From contig CANQQV010000003.1 in assembly GCA_947626095.1 (NCBI GenBank), positions 82,458 to 146,457 on the forward strand: 64,000 bases of DNA. Reading direction: 5' to 3'. Each line of letters begins with the position of its first letter. Positions within the stretch are counted from its first letter, which is position 1. Source of the stretch: an uncultured Bacilli bacterium. GTDB taxonomy: Bacteria; Bacillota_I; Bacilli_A; RF39; UBA660. This document shows, piece by piece, positions 10,860 to 20,766 of this stretch. Made by a program: the position numbers and the translations under genes. A model generated the notes under the pieces. That model was given only the letters and a program-made list of their open reading frames with translations, was not told where the DNA came from and ran no database searches.

Positions 10860-10884
10860 ATTATCACCTTATCTATTATAACAT

Positions 10885-11751
10885 TTATTTTCTTCTGTTT
10901 TCACTTATTAATTCCATATCTTCGGTAAGTTCTTTAATTCTTTCAACCAAACGACGTGCTTTTACTTCATCATCACTATATTTATTTGTATTTAAATGAT
11001 TTTCTAATTCTTTAAGAGTTAAATTAGAAGTAAAGAAAGTTGTCTTATAATTATTCATTCGTTTTTGTAATATTGGTCCTAATATTTCATCTCTACCCCA
11101 TTCAGTAACTCTTTCAGCTCCAATATCATCAAGTAATAACAAATCCACATTTTCTAAGTAATCAATATAATCAGCAAAATTATCAAAGTCACTCTTTAAA
11201 TCACGTAATAATTCGGGAAAATAAACAATTTCTGTTGTAACTCTCTTTTTAGCTAACTCATTAAATAAAGCAGCTATAAAATATGTTTTACCACTACCAA
11301 AATTACCATGTAAATAAAGCCCTTTAAATTTCCCATTACGATTATATTCATCATAAAACTTTTTTAACCATTTAATAACATGAATTCTCTTTTTATCCGT
11401 CAAATCCAAATCCGCCATTGAAGCTGAAGCTAATTCCTTTTCTCTAGTTGGTTTATTTTCTTCTTGTTTTATTGCTTCCTTTTGATATTTACAAGGTGCA
11501 TACGAAAATATAACATTATTATTTTGCTTTTCTGGATAAAAGACATGTCCTTCTTGTTTATTTTGACAAACCATTAAACCAGTACATTCATGACAATTAG
11601 TCAGTTCACTAACTGTTCTTTCTAAAGATGAAGTATATTTCATCGCTTCTTCATCTTTTAAACCTAATTTTTTTACTAAAGCACAAAACTTTTTATCCTT
11701 TTGCGCTTCACTATAACTTTCTTTTAAGGCTTTTTCATTATATTTTTCCAT
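10885..11751 (-). CDS. dnaI: Primosomal helicase loader DnaI
   Basis: N-terminal Zn motif (CHEC..C...C), Walker A GNFGSGKT, LLLLDDIGAE, TFFTSN; directly downstream of dnaB. Confidence 0.93.
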   Translation of the reverse strand: MEKYNEKALKESYSEAQKDKKFCALVKKLGLKDEEAMKYTSSLERTVSELTNCHECTGLMVCQNKQEGHVFYPEKQNNNVIFSYAPCKYQKEAIKQEENKPTREKELASASMADLDLTDKKRIHVIKWLKKFYDEYNRNGKFKGLYLHGNFGSGKTYFIAALFNELAKKRVTTEIVYFPELLRDLKSDFDNFADYIDYLENVDLLLLDDIGAERVTEWGRDEILGPILQKRMNNYKTTFFTSNLTLKELENHLNTNKYSDDEVKARRLVERIKELTEDMELISENRRK

Positions 11752-11756
11752 CTTAA

Positions 11757-13037
11757 TCACCTAAAATCTTTTAATAAATCTTCTAACTCATTAAGTTCTT
11801 CATCACTAATTTCTTCCTTTTTAATTTCACTATTAAACCATACTGGTTCTGATGTCGAAACTTTCTTATTCGTTTTATTTTCAATCTTCTTCATTATTTT
11901 ACTATTTTCTTTTTTTGCTAACTCCATCGCTTCTTTAGCGGTTTGAACATTACATCTCTTCCATTGACTCGCAATTGTTTCAATATAAGCTTGATTAAGT
12001 TTATTATTATTTTTCTTTAGTGCATAATCAACTAAAACATTAATAACTGCTGGCGGTAGCTCTAAATCAATCATTAAACATTCAATTATTTTTAAATCAT
12101 GAGCTGTTGGTTTGGCTCCCTTATTCTTCATTCTTAAAAAGTCATAAGGAGAAGTATTTTCAAACATATATATAATCTTCGCTAACGCTGAAGTTTCTCC
12201 CTCCGGTGTTTTTAAATACTCTGGTTGCGTACGATAAACTAAAGTTGGTAATTTACCATTGTTATTATATTGATAATACTTACGGGCATTCTTACGTAAT
12301 TCTTCTTTATCAAAAGTACCCTTATCTGTAATAACCACTCTTAATAATTCAATCATTTTCAAAGTATCTAAATCATAGATAAAAGCCAACTGCTCAATTA
12401 ATTCTTTAACTTTCTTAGTTAACGCATTTTCTTTAACTAAACCTTTTGGCATTGACGATAGTAACAAATCAAAATCAATATTACTATCTAACTTAATATT
12501 TAGTGCAGTCTTTTCTCTAGCTTCAATTGGTTCAAAATTAGATGAAGACTTATATGTCGCATTTAGCTCTTTTGATATATCATTATAATCTTTTAAATCA
12601 ATCTTTGGTAACTCGTACTCTGAAACTATCAAATCATATTCTGTTTTACCAATATTATTATATAAAGTAACACTAAAGATTGGTGAAGCAAAAAACTCTT
12701 TTGGACTTAATGGTGAATATAATTCATAAACATATGAATTAGGTTCACCTTCCTTTAAATACGCTTTTAAAAGTCCAACTCCTTCTAACGATTCTCTCGC
12801 TAACCTAATTACTTCCAAACTACTTTTCATTATTGTCATTAAATGATGATGCGTATGATCCGCACTAATTAAATCTAATAAATTAATATCTCTTAATAAA
12901 GTAAAATATAAGCTAACCGCAATAGGTCCTATTATTGGTTCATACAAAGAAATAATATTCTTTTTATCATCTTCAGTAATAATTGATTTATTAACAACTG
13001 TATAAGTATCTGCTGGTAATAAAGATATTATTTTCAT
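11757..13037 (-). CDS. dnaB: Replication initiation/membrane attachment protein DnaB (Bacillus type, DnaD domain)
   Basis: LYEPIIG..AVSLY, LEGVGLL, PLSP..FF, VINVLVDY and W motifs; dnaB-dnaI synteny. Confidence 0.93.
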   Translation of the reverse strand: MKIISLLPADTYTVVNKSIITEDDKKNIISLYEPIIGPIAVSLYFTLLRDINLLDLISADHTHHHLMTIMKSSLEVIRLARESLEGVGLLKAYLKEGEPNSYVYELYSPLSPKEFFASPIFSVTLYNNIGKTEYDLIVSEYELPKIDLKDYNDISKELNATYKSSSNFEPIEAREKTALNIKLDSNIDFDLLLSSMPKGLVKENALTKKVKELIEQLAFIYDLDTLKMIELLRVVITDKGTFDKEELRKNARKYYQYNNNGKLPTLVYRTQPEYLKTPEGETSALAKIIYMFENTSPYDFLRMKNKGAKPTAHDLKIIECLMIDLELPPAVINVLVDYALKKNNNKLNQAYIETIASQWKRCNVQTAKEAMELAKKENSKIMKKIENKTNKKVSTSEPVWFNSEIKKEEISDEELNELEDLLKDFR

Positions 13038-13097
13038 ATGACCACACCCTTAATATGTATTATAAACTACAATCATTTATTTTAAAAGAAAAAACGG

Positions 13098-13985
13098 CTA
13101 ACAGCCGCCTTCTTCACCTACTTCACATTCACTACCTAAATAACTAGCAATTAACTTTGTATACTCTTCAGATAATTTATTAACTTCTTCATCAGTTAAA
13201 TCTCTTAAATTTTGTTTATCATCTAACTCATGACCATCAAGAGTTCCCTCATGGAAACCAACTATTTCACCACCTTTAACTGCTACTACTGTTGGTGTAT
13301 TTAATCTTTTAACTCCTGTTTTAACTTTTTTACCTTTAGATGTATATAAAACATATTCATCTAAATAATCAGCTAAAGAAGTAACTACTTCATAATAAGC
13401 ATCACTAGCATCTTTCGTTTTCTTTGCTTTATTCTTATCGTTTAAATTATAAATATCACGAAGATCATTTTCTTCTTTATCATTAGGTCTTATATTAACA
13501 TAGTATATTTTATCTAAGTTAGTACTACTCATTGCATTTAATAAAACCGGTACAGCACTACGACTATAAGCATCAGCAGCATAACCAAAATAGATTACTC
13601 CACTACCACTATCTAAAATATCATTTACTTCATCTAATGTTGTATACACAATATTATTATCTTCAATAATCTTTATTTCTTTATTTTGTGTTCCATCACT
13701 CTTCGTTGTATTATTTAATTTTTCATATTCTTCTTTAAAACTACGTTCATCATCTGTCATTTGATAACCAGGTTTATCACCATCATCTTTATGTTTATTA
13801 TATTGAACAGCTAAATAACCACCTAAAAAGATTACAACTATTAAAACAGCAGCTAATAAAGTGCGACCATAACCATTTTCCTCACTTTTTATAACTTCTT
13901 CTTTCTTTTTATTATCTTCTTTTTTTACTTTCGTAACCTTTTTTTCTTTAGTTGTTTTTTGCTTTTTATTATTTTCTTTTGCCAT
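13098..13985 (-). CDS. Membrane-anchored thioredoxin-fold protein lacking CxxC
   Basis: TM helix, then GVIYFG-YAADAYS-RSAVPVL, KIYYVNI and a cis-Pro strand PTVVAVKGGEIVG. Confidence 0.7.
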   Translation of the reverse strand: MAKENNKKQKTTKEKKVTKVKKEDNKKKEEVIKSEENGYGRTLLAAVLIVVIFLGGYLAVQYNKHKDDGDKPGYQMTDDERSFKEEYEKLNNTTKSDGTQNKEIKIIEDNNIVYTTLDEVNDILDSGSGVIYFGYAADAYSRSAVPVLLNAMSSTNLDKIYYVNIRPNDKEENDLRDIYNLNDKNKAKKTKDASDAYYEVVTSLADYLDEYVLYTSKGKKVKTGVKRLNTPTVVAVKGGEIVGFHEGTLDGHELDDKQNLRDLTDEEVNKLSEEYTKLIASYLGSECEVGEEGGC

Positions 13986-14053
13986 ATAAATCTCCTTACT
14001 TCAAGTACTTATATTATAACAATTATCTAATTAATAGTAAAATAAAATAGTAG

Positions 14054-15163
14054 CTATTCTACTATTTTATTACAAGTAACAGAATCAAAATTCATCTTCT
14101 TATCACCAATTATTATATCTTTACTATAAGTTTCATCACATATCAAAATACTATAATCACTAAACTTATAAAGATTAGAATCATCTACTTCACTATGTAT
14201 AACTTCTAATGGATTATTATATAATTCTTCAATTTGTAGCTTATTACTAGATAAAGCATTTGCTAATTCATAATTATTATCAGGATAATTTATAAACATA
14301 TCTTGAATACAATAAGTATAAATATCATTATCTAAATTACTATATACTAATCTTTTTTCACTACATACATTTTCACCAGTTATACCTACTTCAAAATCAT
14401 TCAAATTTATATTACTAACAATCTTAGCTTCTCCCATATATATTATATATTTACTATTATCTACTTCTAAATTTTTAACTAGACCAACTACCATTATTTC
14501 ATCGTAAACATCATAATTATTTAATTCTGGTGTATTATTATTAAATAAGATTCTTAAAGTAATATTCGAAGCAAAACTAACCGCTCCATTTATCTGAACA
14601 TCACTAACTTTATATGGTTGCATTTCTAAATAATTTTGCCCCGTCTTTTTACTTATCTTACCTTTAATTTTAGTGTATTTATTTTTATATTCTGCATAAT
14701 TATCAACTACTGAATTTAAAAATGAATTAGAATCAATAACATCTATATCTTCCGCATTACATAAATAACCATTATTATTAAATAAATCAAAAATATACTT
14801 AGGTTCATCTTTATTACATTGCCATATTCTTAATCCTAATGAATTATATACTTTAGTATTCCCTACACTCGTAATATTATAACTAAAAACAGGAATATGT
14901 TTAAAAGCTAAAGCCCCAAGTCCGTCGATTACCAAAGATAGTAAAAAAGTAACAAAAAACACTAAAACTAAAAAAACAGGTTTCAATTTTAAAGCTTTAA
15001 CAATATTAATTGTTAATAAAATAATAGCTAATATCCACATGATTGGCCTTATTGCACTAACCTCATTAACTGACATTGTCAATAAAATTATGACAATACT
15101 TATAGCTAAAGAAAACAAATTAAACTGACGTTTACCCTTTTTATTAGTCTTACTACTTTTCAT
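14054..15163 (-). CDS. Hypothetical membrane protein with a probable OB-fold
   Basis: Three N-terminal TM segments; YKNKYTKIKGKI...YDEIMVVGLV resembles a tRNA_anti-like OB-fold. Confidence 0.6.
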   Translation of the reverse strand: MKSSKTNKKGKRQFNLFSLAISIVIILLTMSVNEVSAIRPIMWILAIILLTINIVKALKLKPVFLVLVFFVTFLLSLVIDGLGALAFKHIPVFSYNITSVGNTKVYNSLGLRIWQCNKDEPKYIFDLFNNNGYLCNAEDIDVIDSNSFLNSVVDNYAEYKNKYTKIKGKISKKTGQNYLEMQPYKVSDVQINGAVSFASNITLRILFNNNTPELNNYDVYDEIMVVGLVKNLEVDNSKYIIYMGEAKIVSNINLNDFEVGITGENVCSEKRLVYSNLDNDIYTYCIQDMFINYPDNNYELANALSSNKLQIEELYNNPLEVIHSEVDDSNLYKFSDYSILICDETYSKDIIIGDKKMNFDSVTCNKIVE

Positions 15164-15198
15164 ATTTTATGCTCCTACTAATAGTATAATCAATAATC

Positions 15199-15240
15199 AA
15201 AAAAAAAGCCATAAATAATTTAATATTTATAGCTTTTTTT
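15199..15240 (-). terminator. Intrinsic terminator after HU
   Basis: AAAAAAAGCCATAAATA/TATTTATAGCTTTTTTT imperfect inverted repeat with flanking A/T tracts. Confidence 0.7.
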
Positions 15241-15255
15241 ATTGATTAACTATAA

Positions 15256-15528
15256 TTAGTTAATAGCGTCTTTAAGTTTGCTTCCTGCTTTGAATGAAGC
15301 TACATTTTTAGCAGGGATTTTAATAGCAGCTTTTGTTAAAGGATTAATACCTTCTCTAGCAGCTCTTTTTTTAGAACTGAAAGTTCCGAAACCAACTAGA
15401 GCAACTTTACCTTCTTTTTTAAGTCCGCTAGTAATTCCTTCTAAAGTTGCATCAAGTGCACGAGCAGCGTCAGCTTTAGTTAAGCCTGCTTTAGCAGCAA
15501 CGTATTCTACTAATTCTTGTTTTCCCAT
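15256..15528 (-). CDS. hup: DNA-binding protein HU
   Basis: MGKQELV...VALVGFGTF..KKRAAREGINP..FKAGSKLKDAIN; GGGAGG RBS before the ATG at 15528. Confidence 0.98.
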   Translation of the reverse strand: MGKQELVEYVAAKAGLTKADAARALDATLEGITSGLKKEGKVALVGFGTFSSKKRAAREGINPLTKAAIKIPAKNVASFKAGSKLKDAIN

Positions 15529-15702
15529 AATTTTTTTACCTCCCAATAATAAAATTATCTCTGCAAGGTTTACCCTTACATATTAAAAATAACAAAAATA
15601 CAAATTTAAATCAAGCTAAATCGCTTATTTTCTTTAAAAAAATTGCATTTTACAGCCAAAAGAAAAGTATTAGTGTCAATTATCTAATACTTTTATCAAC
15701 TT

Positions 15703-16800
15703 TTAATTATTTTCTGGAGTATTTTCTAAATTATTGTCCTCACTTATCTCATTGTTGTTTTCACTCTCTTCTTCGCTTGGTAATGACTCTTCACTTTCTT
15801 CTATTTCATGATAATTAATAACACTATTATAAATATTAAAAGCATTACTATACATATTAATAATATCTAGAGCTTTAACCTCTTCATTCGCATAAGACAA
15901 AGTTCCAATCATTTCTGTTACCATTGCTTCATATTCTGTTTTTGCTTCATCTGTATGATACACAACTGTAACTCCAATTAATAAACGAGATCCGCCATTA
16001 ATAAAATATATTTGTACTGGCATTTTATTAATTTTAGTATTAACTAAATAGGCATCTTTAGCACTTATTTTAATCTTTGAAACTGATGTATCAGTATAAT
16101 CTTCATGAGTTGCTAAAGCTTTCTTTATTATTTCTTCATTAAGATCACTTAATGTACTTTCACTTTGATCTAACTTAATTGATACTGTACTATCTTCATT
16201 TGTAATAACGACATTTCTACTATCTTCTGTTAAAAACCATGTCTTAGGCAAATCAAATTTATATCCATTAGAAGCTACTGCAATTGTTTCTGTTTTAGGC
16301 TTATTATCAGTTGACGTAGCAGGTTTACTTCCATTTAAAAACATCATCGTGCCAATACCACCAACTACTAGTAACAACAAAATAATTAATAAAAAAGGTT
16401 TCTTTTTCTTCTTTGGTTTAACATCTTCATCTTTAACTAAAGGCGTTTGACTATCGTTTGCTAACTTTTCTTGTTTTCCCGCACTTGCATTAGACACTTG
16501 TGCACTTGCTTCAGTTGCTGGAGCAACTTCAGTTACCACAGGGGATTCCGGTGTAACACTAGCTAAAGCTGGTGCTGAATTATTTACTATTGCTCCCTGC
16601 TCATTTGGTGTAACATTAACATTAACTACTTGATTATCAACTTTATTTTCTGTAACCGGTGCCAATACTTCTGGACTACCTGCTACCACATTATTATTTA
16701 CTACATTTGTTTCTGGAGTGTTAACTAAATTATTTCCACATATTGGACAAGTTGTAACCCCTGGTTCTAGAGGATTTCCACATTTTGGACAATTATTCAT
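15703..16800 (-). CDS. Zinc-ribbon membrane protein
   Basis: N-terminal CPKCG...CPICG, low-complexity linker, one TM helix, PsbP/DcrB-like extracellular domain and acidic tail. Confidence 0.7.
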   Translation of the reverse strand: MNNCPKCGNPLEPGVTTCPICGNNLVNTPETNVVNNNVVAGSPEVLAPVTENKVDNQVVNVNVTPNEQGAIVNNSAPALASVTPESPVVTEVAPATEASAQVSNASAGKQEKLANDSQTPLVKDEDVKPKKKKKPFLLIILLLLVVGGIGTMMFLNGSKPATSTDNKPKTETIAVASNGYKFDLPKTWFLTEDSRNVVITNEDSTVSIKLDQSESTLSDLNEEIIKKALATHEDYTDTSVSKIKISAKDAYLVNTKINKMPVQIYFINGGSRLLIGVTVVYHTDEAKTEYEAMVTEMIGTLSYANEEVKALDIINMYSNAFNIYNSVINYHEIEESEESLPSEEESENNNEISEDNNLENTPENN

Positions 16801-16864
16801 TTACTTATGCCTCCTATTATATATAACTATTATAATATATTAAAAATAAAAAAGCCATAGTATT

Positions 16865-18343
16865 TTATAACACTATAGCTATTAAGTTACTAGAACCTTT
16901 ATTAACAATCTTCGTAATTGTCTGGGTTAATTTATATCTTGTAGTTTCAGGTACAACCGATAATTTAGCTTGAATTCCCTCCTTAACTATAACATCTAAA
17001 CTACGACCAAATATCTCACTACGCCAAATATTTGTTGGATCTGTTTCATAGTCCTTCATCAAATAACTAATTAATTCCTTACTCTGTAATTCACTACCAA
17101 TAATTGGTTCAAACAAACTTACAACATCAGCTTTAATAATATGATACGAAGATGCCGTTGCTTTTAATTTAACTCCATACCTACTACCTTGTTTAACTAT
17201 TTCTGGTGTATCAAGTTGCATATCCTTTAATGTTGGATAAACAATTCCATATCCTGTTTGTTTGGCTGTTTTTATCGCTGCTTTTAAAATATCTGTTTCT
17301 TCTTTAGTCTCTTTATAAGAACTAAATATTTTAAGCATTCCTGCCTTGGTATTAACTGTATCTCCCATCATTTCATTTAATACTTCATTATACAAATCAT
17401 CTTCACTATCTAAATTAATATTAACTATTCCTGTTGCTGTATCGACATTACTAATATAAGCTTTCGAAATATACTTACTTTCTTTAAAATAACTTAATAT
17501 TTCATCAACATCTTTTAACTTAGTAACACTTAAAGTACTTGATTTAATTTTTGTTAAATACTCTTCCTTTACTGGATGATTATTACTTAAAATATGCACC
17601 CATTCTGGTAATTTAATCTGAATATCTAAAACAGGGAATTCATATAATGCCGCTTTTAAAATATCATAAATTTCATATTCGGTCATTGATTCCACACTAA
17701 TCGGTAAAACTGGAACATTATGCTCTTCTTTTAATTTACGTGCTAGTTCCTTAGTACCAATATCTTCAGGATGCGTTGTATTTAATATCACAATAAATGG
17801 CTTATTAATTTCTTTTAACTCATTAATAACCTTTTCTTCAGCTTCTACATAACTTTCTCTTTTAATCTCTCCAAAAGAACCATCACTAGTAACTACAATC
17901 CCTATTGTTGCATGATCTTTAATAACTTTTTCTGTTCCAATTTCTGCTGCTGTTTCAAAATTAACTGGTTCCTTAAACCATGGTGTTAAAACCATACGGG
18001 GATTACCATTTTCATCTTCATAACCATTAGAACCAGGAATAATATACCCAACACAATCAATTAACTTAACATTCGTTTCAAATTCTTCAACTTTTATTTT
18101 CGCCCCATTAGAAGGTACAAATTTAGGTTCTGTTGTCATAATCGTCTTCCCTTGAGCACTTTGGGGAATCTCATCTAAACAATGCTTCTTTTCGTATTCA
18201 TCCGTAATATTAGGTACCACTAAGTTTTCAATAAATCTTTTAATAAAAGTTGATTTTCCTGTTCGAACAGCACCTACAACCCCTAAATATATTTCACCAT
18301 TACCCCTCTTAGAAATTGATTCTATTATTTTGTTATCTTTCAA
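16865..18343 (-). CDS. spoIVA: Stage IV sporulation protein A (spore coat ATPase)
   Basis: IYLGVVGAVRTGKSTFIKRF, TIMTTEPKFVP, IDCVGY, RMVLTPWF and IFGRSL motifs. TTG start at 18343 after GGGGTG. Confidence 0.98.
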   Translation of the reverse strand: MKDNKIIESISKRGNGEIYLGVVGAVRTGKSTFIKRFIENLVVPNITDEYEKKHCLDEIPQSAQGKTIMTTEPKFVPSNGAKIKVEEFETNVKLIDCVGYIIPGSNGYEDENGNPRMVLTPWFKEPVNFETAAEIGTEKVIKDHATIGIVVTSDGSFGEIKRESYVEAEEKVINELKEINKPFIVILNTTHPEDIGTKELARKLKEEHNVPVLPISVESMTEYEIYDILKAALYEFPVLDIQIKLPEWVHILSNNHPVKEEYLTKIKSSTLSVTKLKDVDEILSYFKESKYISKAYISNVDTATGIVNINLDSEDDLYNEVLNEMMGDTVNTKAGMLKIFSSYKETKEETDILKAAIKTAKQTGYGIVYPTLKDMQLDTPEIVKQGSRYGVKLKATASSYHIIKADVVSLFEPIIGSELQSKELISYLMKDYETDPTNIWRSEIFGRSLDVIVKEGIQAKLSVVPETTRYKLTQTITKIVNKGSSNLIAIVL

Positions 18344-18371
18344 ATATAACACCCCTATCATTTTCTAATTA

Positions 18372-18400
18372 AGTTTATGGACTATATCTCTTTTTTAGAA
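18372..18400 (-). promoter_or_regulatory. SigmaE-like promoter of spoIVA
   Basis: Minus strand TTCTAAA-14 nt-CATAAACT, matching the sigmaE pattern (-10 CATAnnnT). Confidence 0.65.
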
Positions 18401-18430
18401 CAAAAAAACTAAATTACCAAATAATCTAGT

Positions 18431-19114
18431 CTATTTTTGATAAATATCATCTAAAAGCCATGTCTTAGAAAATAATTCAACAATACCCGTTTCACAATAA
18501 GGACATGCTTTAAATCCTAATCCCTTTATTGGTGCTCCACAATTAGGACAATTTAAACTTATATTCCCTTTTACTTCATCATAAATATATATAAACTCTG
18601 TATTTAATCGATCCTGTACTTTATCATTATCTTTATAATACTCTAAACCAGTTTGTAAGGTTATTTTACATAATCCATCTTTATTGTCATAAGCATTTAA
18701 CACTGTCCTATGAATTTTAATTTTTGAATATTTAGCCTTATTACTCTTTATATTTTCCTTAATTTTATTCTCTAATTTATCAGTAATATTAGGAATATCC
18801 TTAAATTCCTTTTCACTTAATGAAGAATAATAAGTTAAAATTGCATTCTCTGCTATACTTTTTATTTCACTAATATTAATATTAGGAAAATCTTTATTAA
18901 TCTTAGGCAACAAAACCGTATCTAATCCTGATAAAGATTTAGGTGTTTCACTATATTCAATCTCCTGGTTTCTAAATCCATCGACAATATTTTTTGTTCC
19001 CAAAAATCTCAAAGAAAAACGTTCTATTTTACCTTTGACATAAAAAACTAAAAATATTAAAGATATTATAATTGCTAAAATTAAAACCAAAATAATTATT
19101 AATGGTATACTCAT
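18431..19114 (-). CDS. Membrane protein with Tim44-like domain and C-terminal zinc ribbon
   Basis: N-terminal TM helix, INKDFP, C-terminal CPNCGAP...CPYC...W. Confidence 0.7.
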   Translation of the reverse strand: MSIPLIIILVLILAIIISLIFLVFYVKGKIERFSLRFLGTKNIVDGFRNQEIEYSETPKSLSGLDTVLLPKINKDFPNINISEIKSIAENAILTYYSSLSEKEFKDIPNITDKLENKIKENIKSNKAKYSKIKIHRTVLNAYDNKDGLCKITLQTGLEYYKDNDKVQDRLNTEFIYIYDEVKGNISLNCPNCGAPIKGLGFKACPYCETGIVELFSKTWLLDDIYQK

Positions 19115-19208
19115 ACTATCACATCCATATAAATTATATCATAAATAATTTGTTTTATATTTATTTATATTATGTTATAATAATTAATAGTAAAGAGGTG
19201 TGTTTAAT

Positions 19209-20735
19209 ATGGATAAAAATATTAAAGACAATAAAGAAAATAATGTTCATATTGAACAAGTTACTCCCGAACGCCAAATATCAAATGAAGAGAGAAAAGC
19301 TATTATTAAATTTACTGATAATGAAGAACAACTAAGTAAAACTCAACAATTTAGATTATTAAATTCAAAAAAGAAAAAAGATGACTTTGAATTACCGCGT
19401 AAAAAAGTCGGTTTAGGCGAAACAATTAAAATTAAAATAAGTGATTTAAGAGCTAAAATAGACGAAGAAATGGAAATGCCAACTCTTAAAAAGAAAAAAT
19501 CACTTTATGATACTGTAATTATCAAATTAGATGATTTAATCAATAATCACAAAGCTCTAAAAACAAATAATTTACAAAAAATTATTAATGTTGAAGAAAC
19601 CCAAATTGAAAAAAAATTTCATTTTTTCAAACCTCGCGATATTACTAAAAATAAAAACATTAAAATCAATGTTGAAAGTGAAGAATTTGGTCGTCAACTA
19701 TACAATATCAATCGTCTAGCTTTAATCAATTTAAGCAATCAAAAAGATCAAACCGTTAGAAAAGCTTCAATTGCTAGTCGTATTGGTCGTATTGAAAAAA
19801 TAAAAATAAGTAAAAATAATTACCTAAAATACCAAACAAAATTAAATAAATTTGCTATCAACAAACTTTACTATAAGTTTGCTCCTAAAGAAACTAAAAA
19901 ATATAAAATATATAAATATAGCGTTATTGTTTCAAGTTTCTTATTATTTCTAACCAGTTTCTTTATTGTCAATTGGTTCGTTCAAGGTATCCAAATTAAT
20001 AGTTTAAGCAATGCTATTGCTGAAGAAACTCCTATAGTAAGTATCGAAGATGAAGGAACTATTATTACTACCCAAGAACCAATAGAAGACGAAATAGAAG
20101 GTCAAATTAATGAAAAACCTGAAAATAAAGAATCGCTTTACTGGAAATATCTAAACACTCCACTATCTTCTGTTGATTTTACCGAGTTAATAAAACAAAA
20201 CAGTGATACCGTTGCTTGGATTATTATGAATAATACTAATATTAATTACCCAATAGTTCAAACTAAAGATAATGATTATTATTTAAGTCATGATTTTAAT
20301 AAAAAGAAAAATCAAGCCGGTTGGGTTTTTGCTGATTTCAGAGATAATTTTAGTAACTTTAATAATAACATGATTCTTTATGGTCACGGACGTAAAGATG
20401 GTGTTATGTTCGGTTCACTTAATAATGCATTAAAAGCTAAATGGTATAAAGATCCTGATAATCAAATTATTCAATTATCAACTATTAAATATAATACTAT
20501 GTGGCAAATATTCTCTATATATAAAATTCAAGCCGAATCATATTATATTACTACTGACTTTGCTAGTGAAGAATCATATCAAACCTTCATTAATACTATG
20601 AAAAAACGAAGTATTTATGATTTTGGTGTTAAGGTTACCACCAATGATAAACTACTTACATTATCAACATGTTATAACAATAATGGTATTAGAATTGTTG
20701 TTCAAGCTAAACTAGTTAAAATTCAAGAAAGATAA
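19209..20735 (+). CDS. srtB: Class B sortase with a long N-terminal cytoplasmic extension
   Basis: NSDTVAWI, INYPIVQ..DNDYYL, ILYGH, MFGSL and LLTLSTC...RIVV (His/Cys/Arg triad). The TM helix follows about 235 basic residues. Confidence 0.92.
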   Translation: MDKNIKDNKENNVHIEQVTPERQISNEERKAIIKFTDNEEQLSKTQQFRLLNSKKKKDDFELPRKKVGLGETIKIKISDLRAKIDEEMEMPTLKKKKSLYDTVIIKLDDLINNHKALKTNNLQKIINVEETQIEKKFHFFKPRDITKNKNIKINVESEEFGRQLYNINRLALINLSNQKDQTVRKASIASRIGRIEKIKISKNNYLKYQTKLNKFAINKLYYKFAPKETKKYKIYKYSVIVSSFLLFLTSFFIVNWFVQGIQINSLSNAIAEETPIVSIEDEGTIITTQEPIEDEIEGQINEKPENKESLYWKYLNTPLSSVDFTELIKQNSDTVAWIIMNNTNINYPIVQTKDNDYYLSHDFNKKKNQAGWVFADFRDNFSNFNNNMILYGHGRKDGVMFGSLNNALKAKWYKDPDNQIIQLSTIKYNTMWQIFSIYKIQAESYYITTDFASEESYQTFINTMKKRSIYDFGVKVTTNDKLLTLSTCYNNNGIRIVVQAKLVKIQER

Positions 20736-20766
20736 AAGGAAGATTTAAAAATCTTCCTTTATTTTT
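20735..20766. terminator. Bidirectional terminator between srtB and fhs
   Basis: AAAGGAAGATT/AATCTTCCTTT perfect inverted repeat between convergent genes. Confidence 0.8.
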
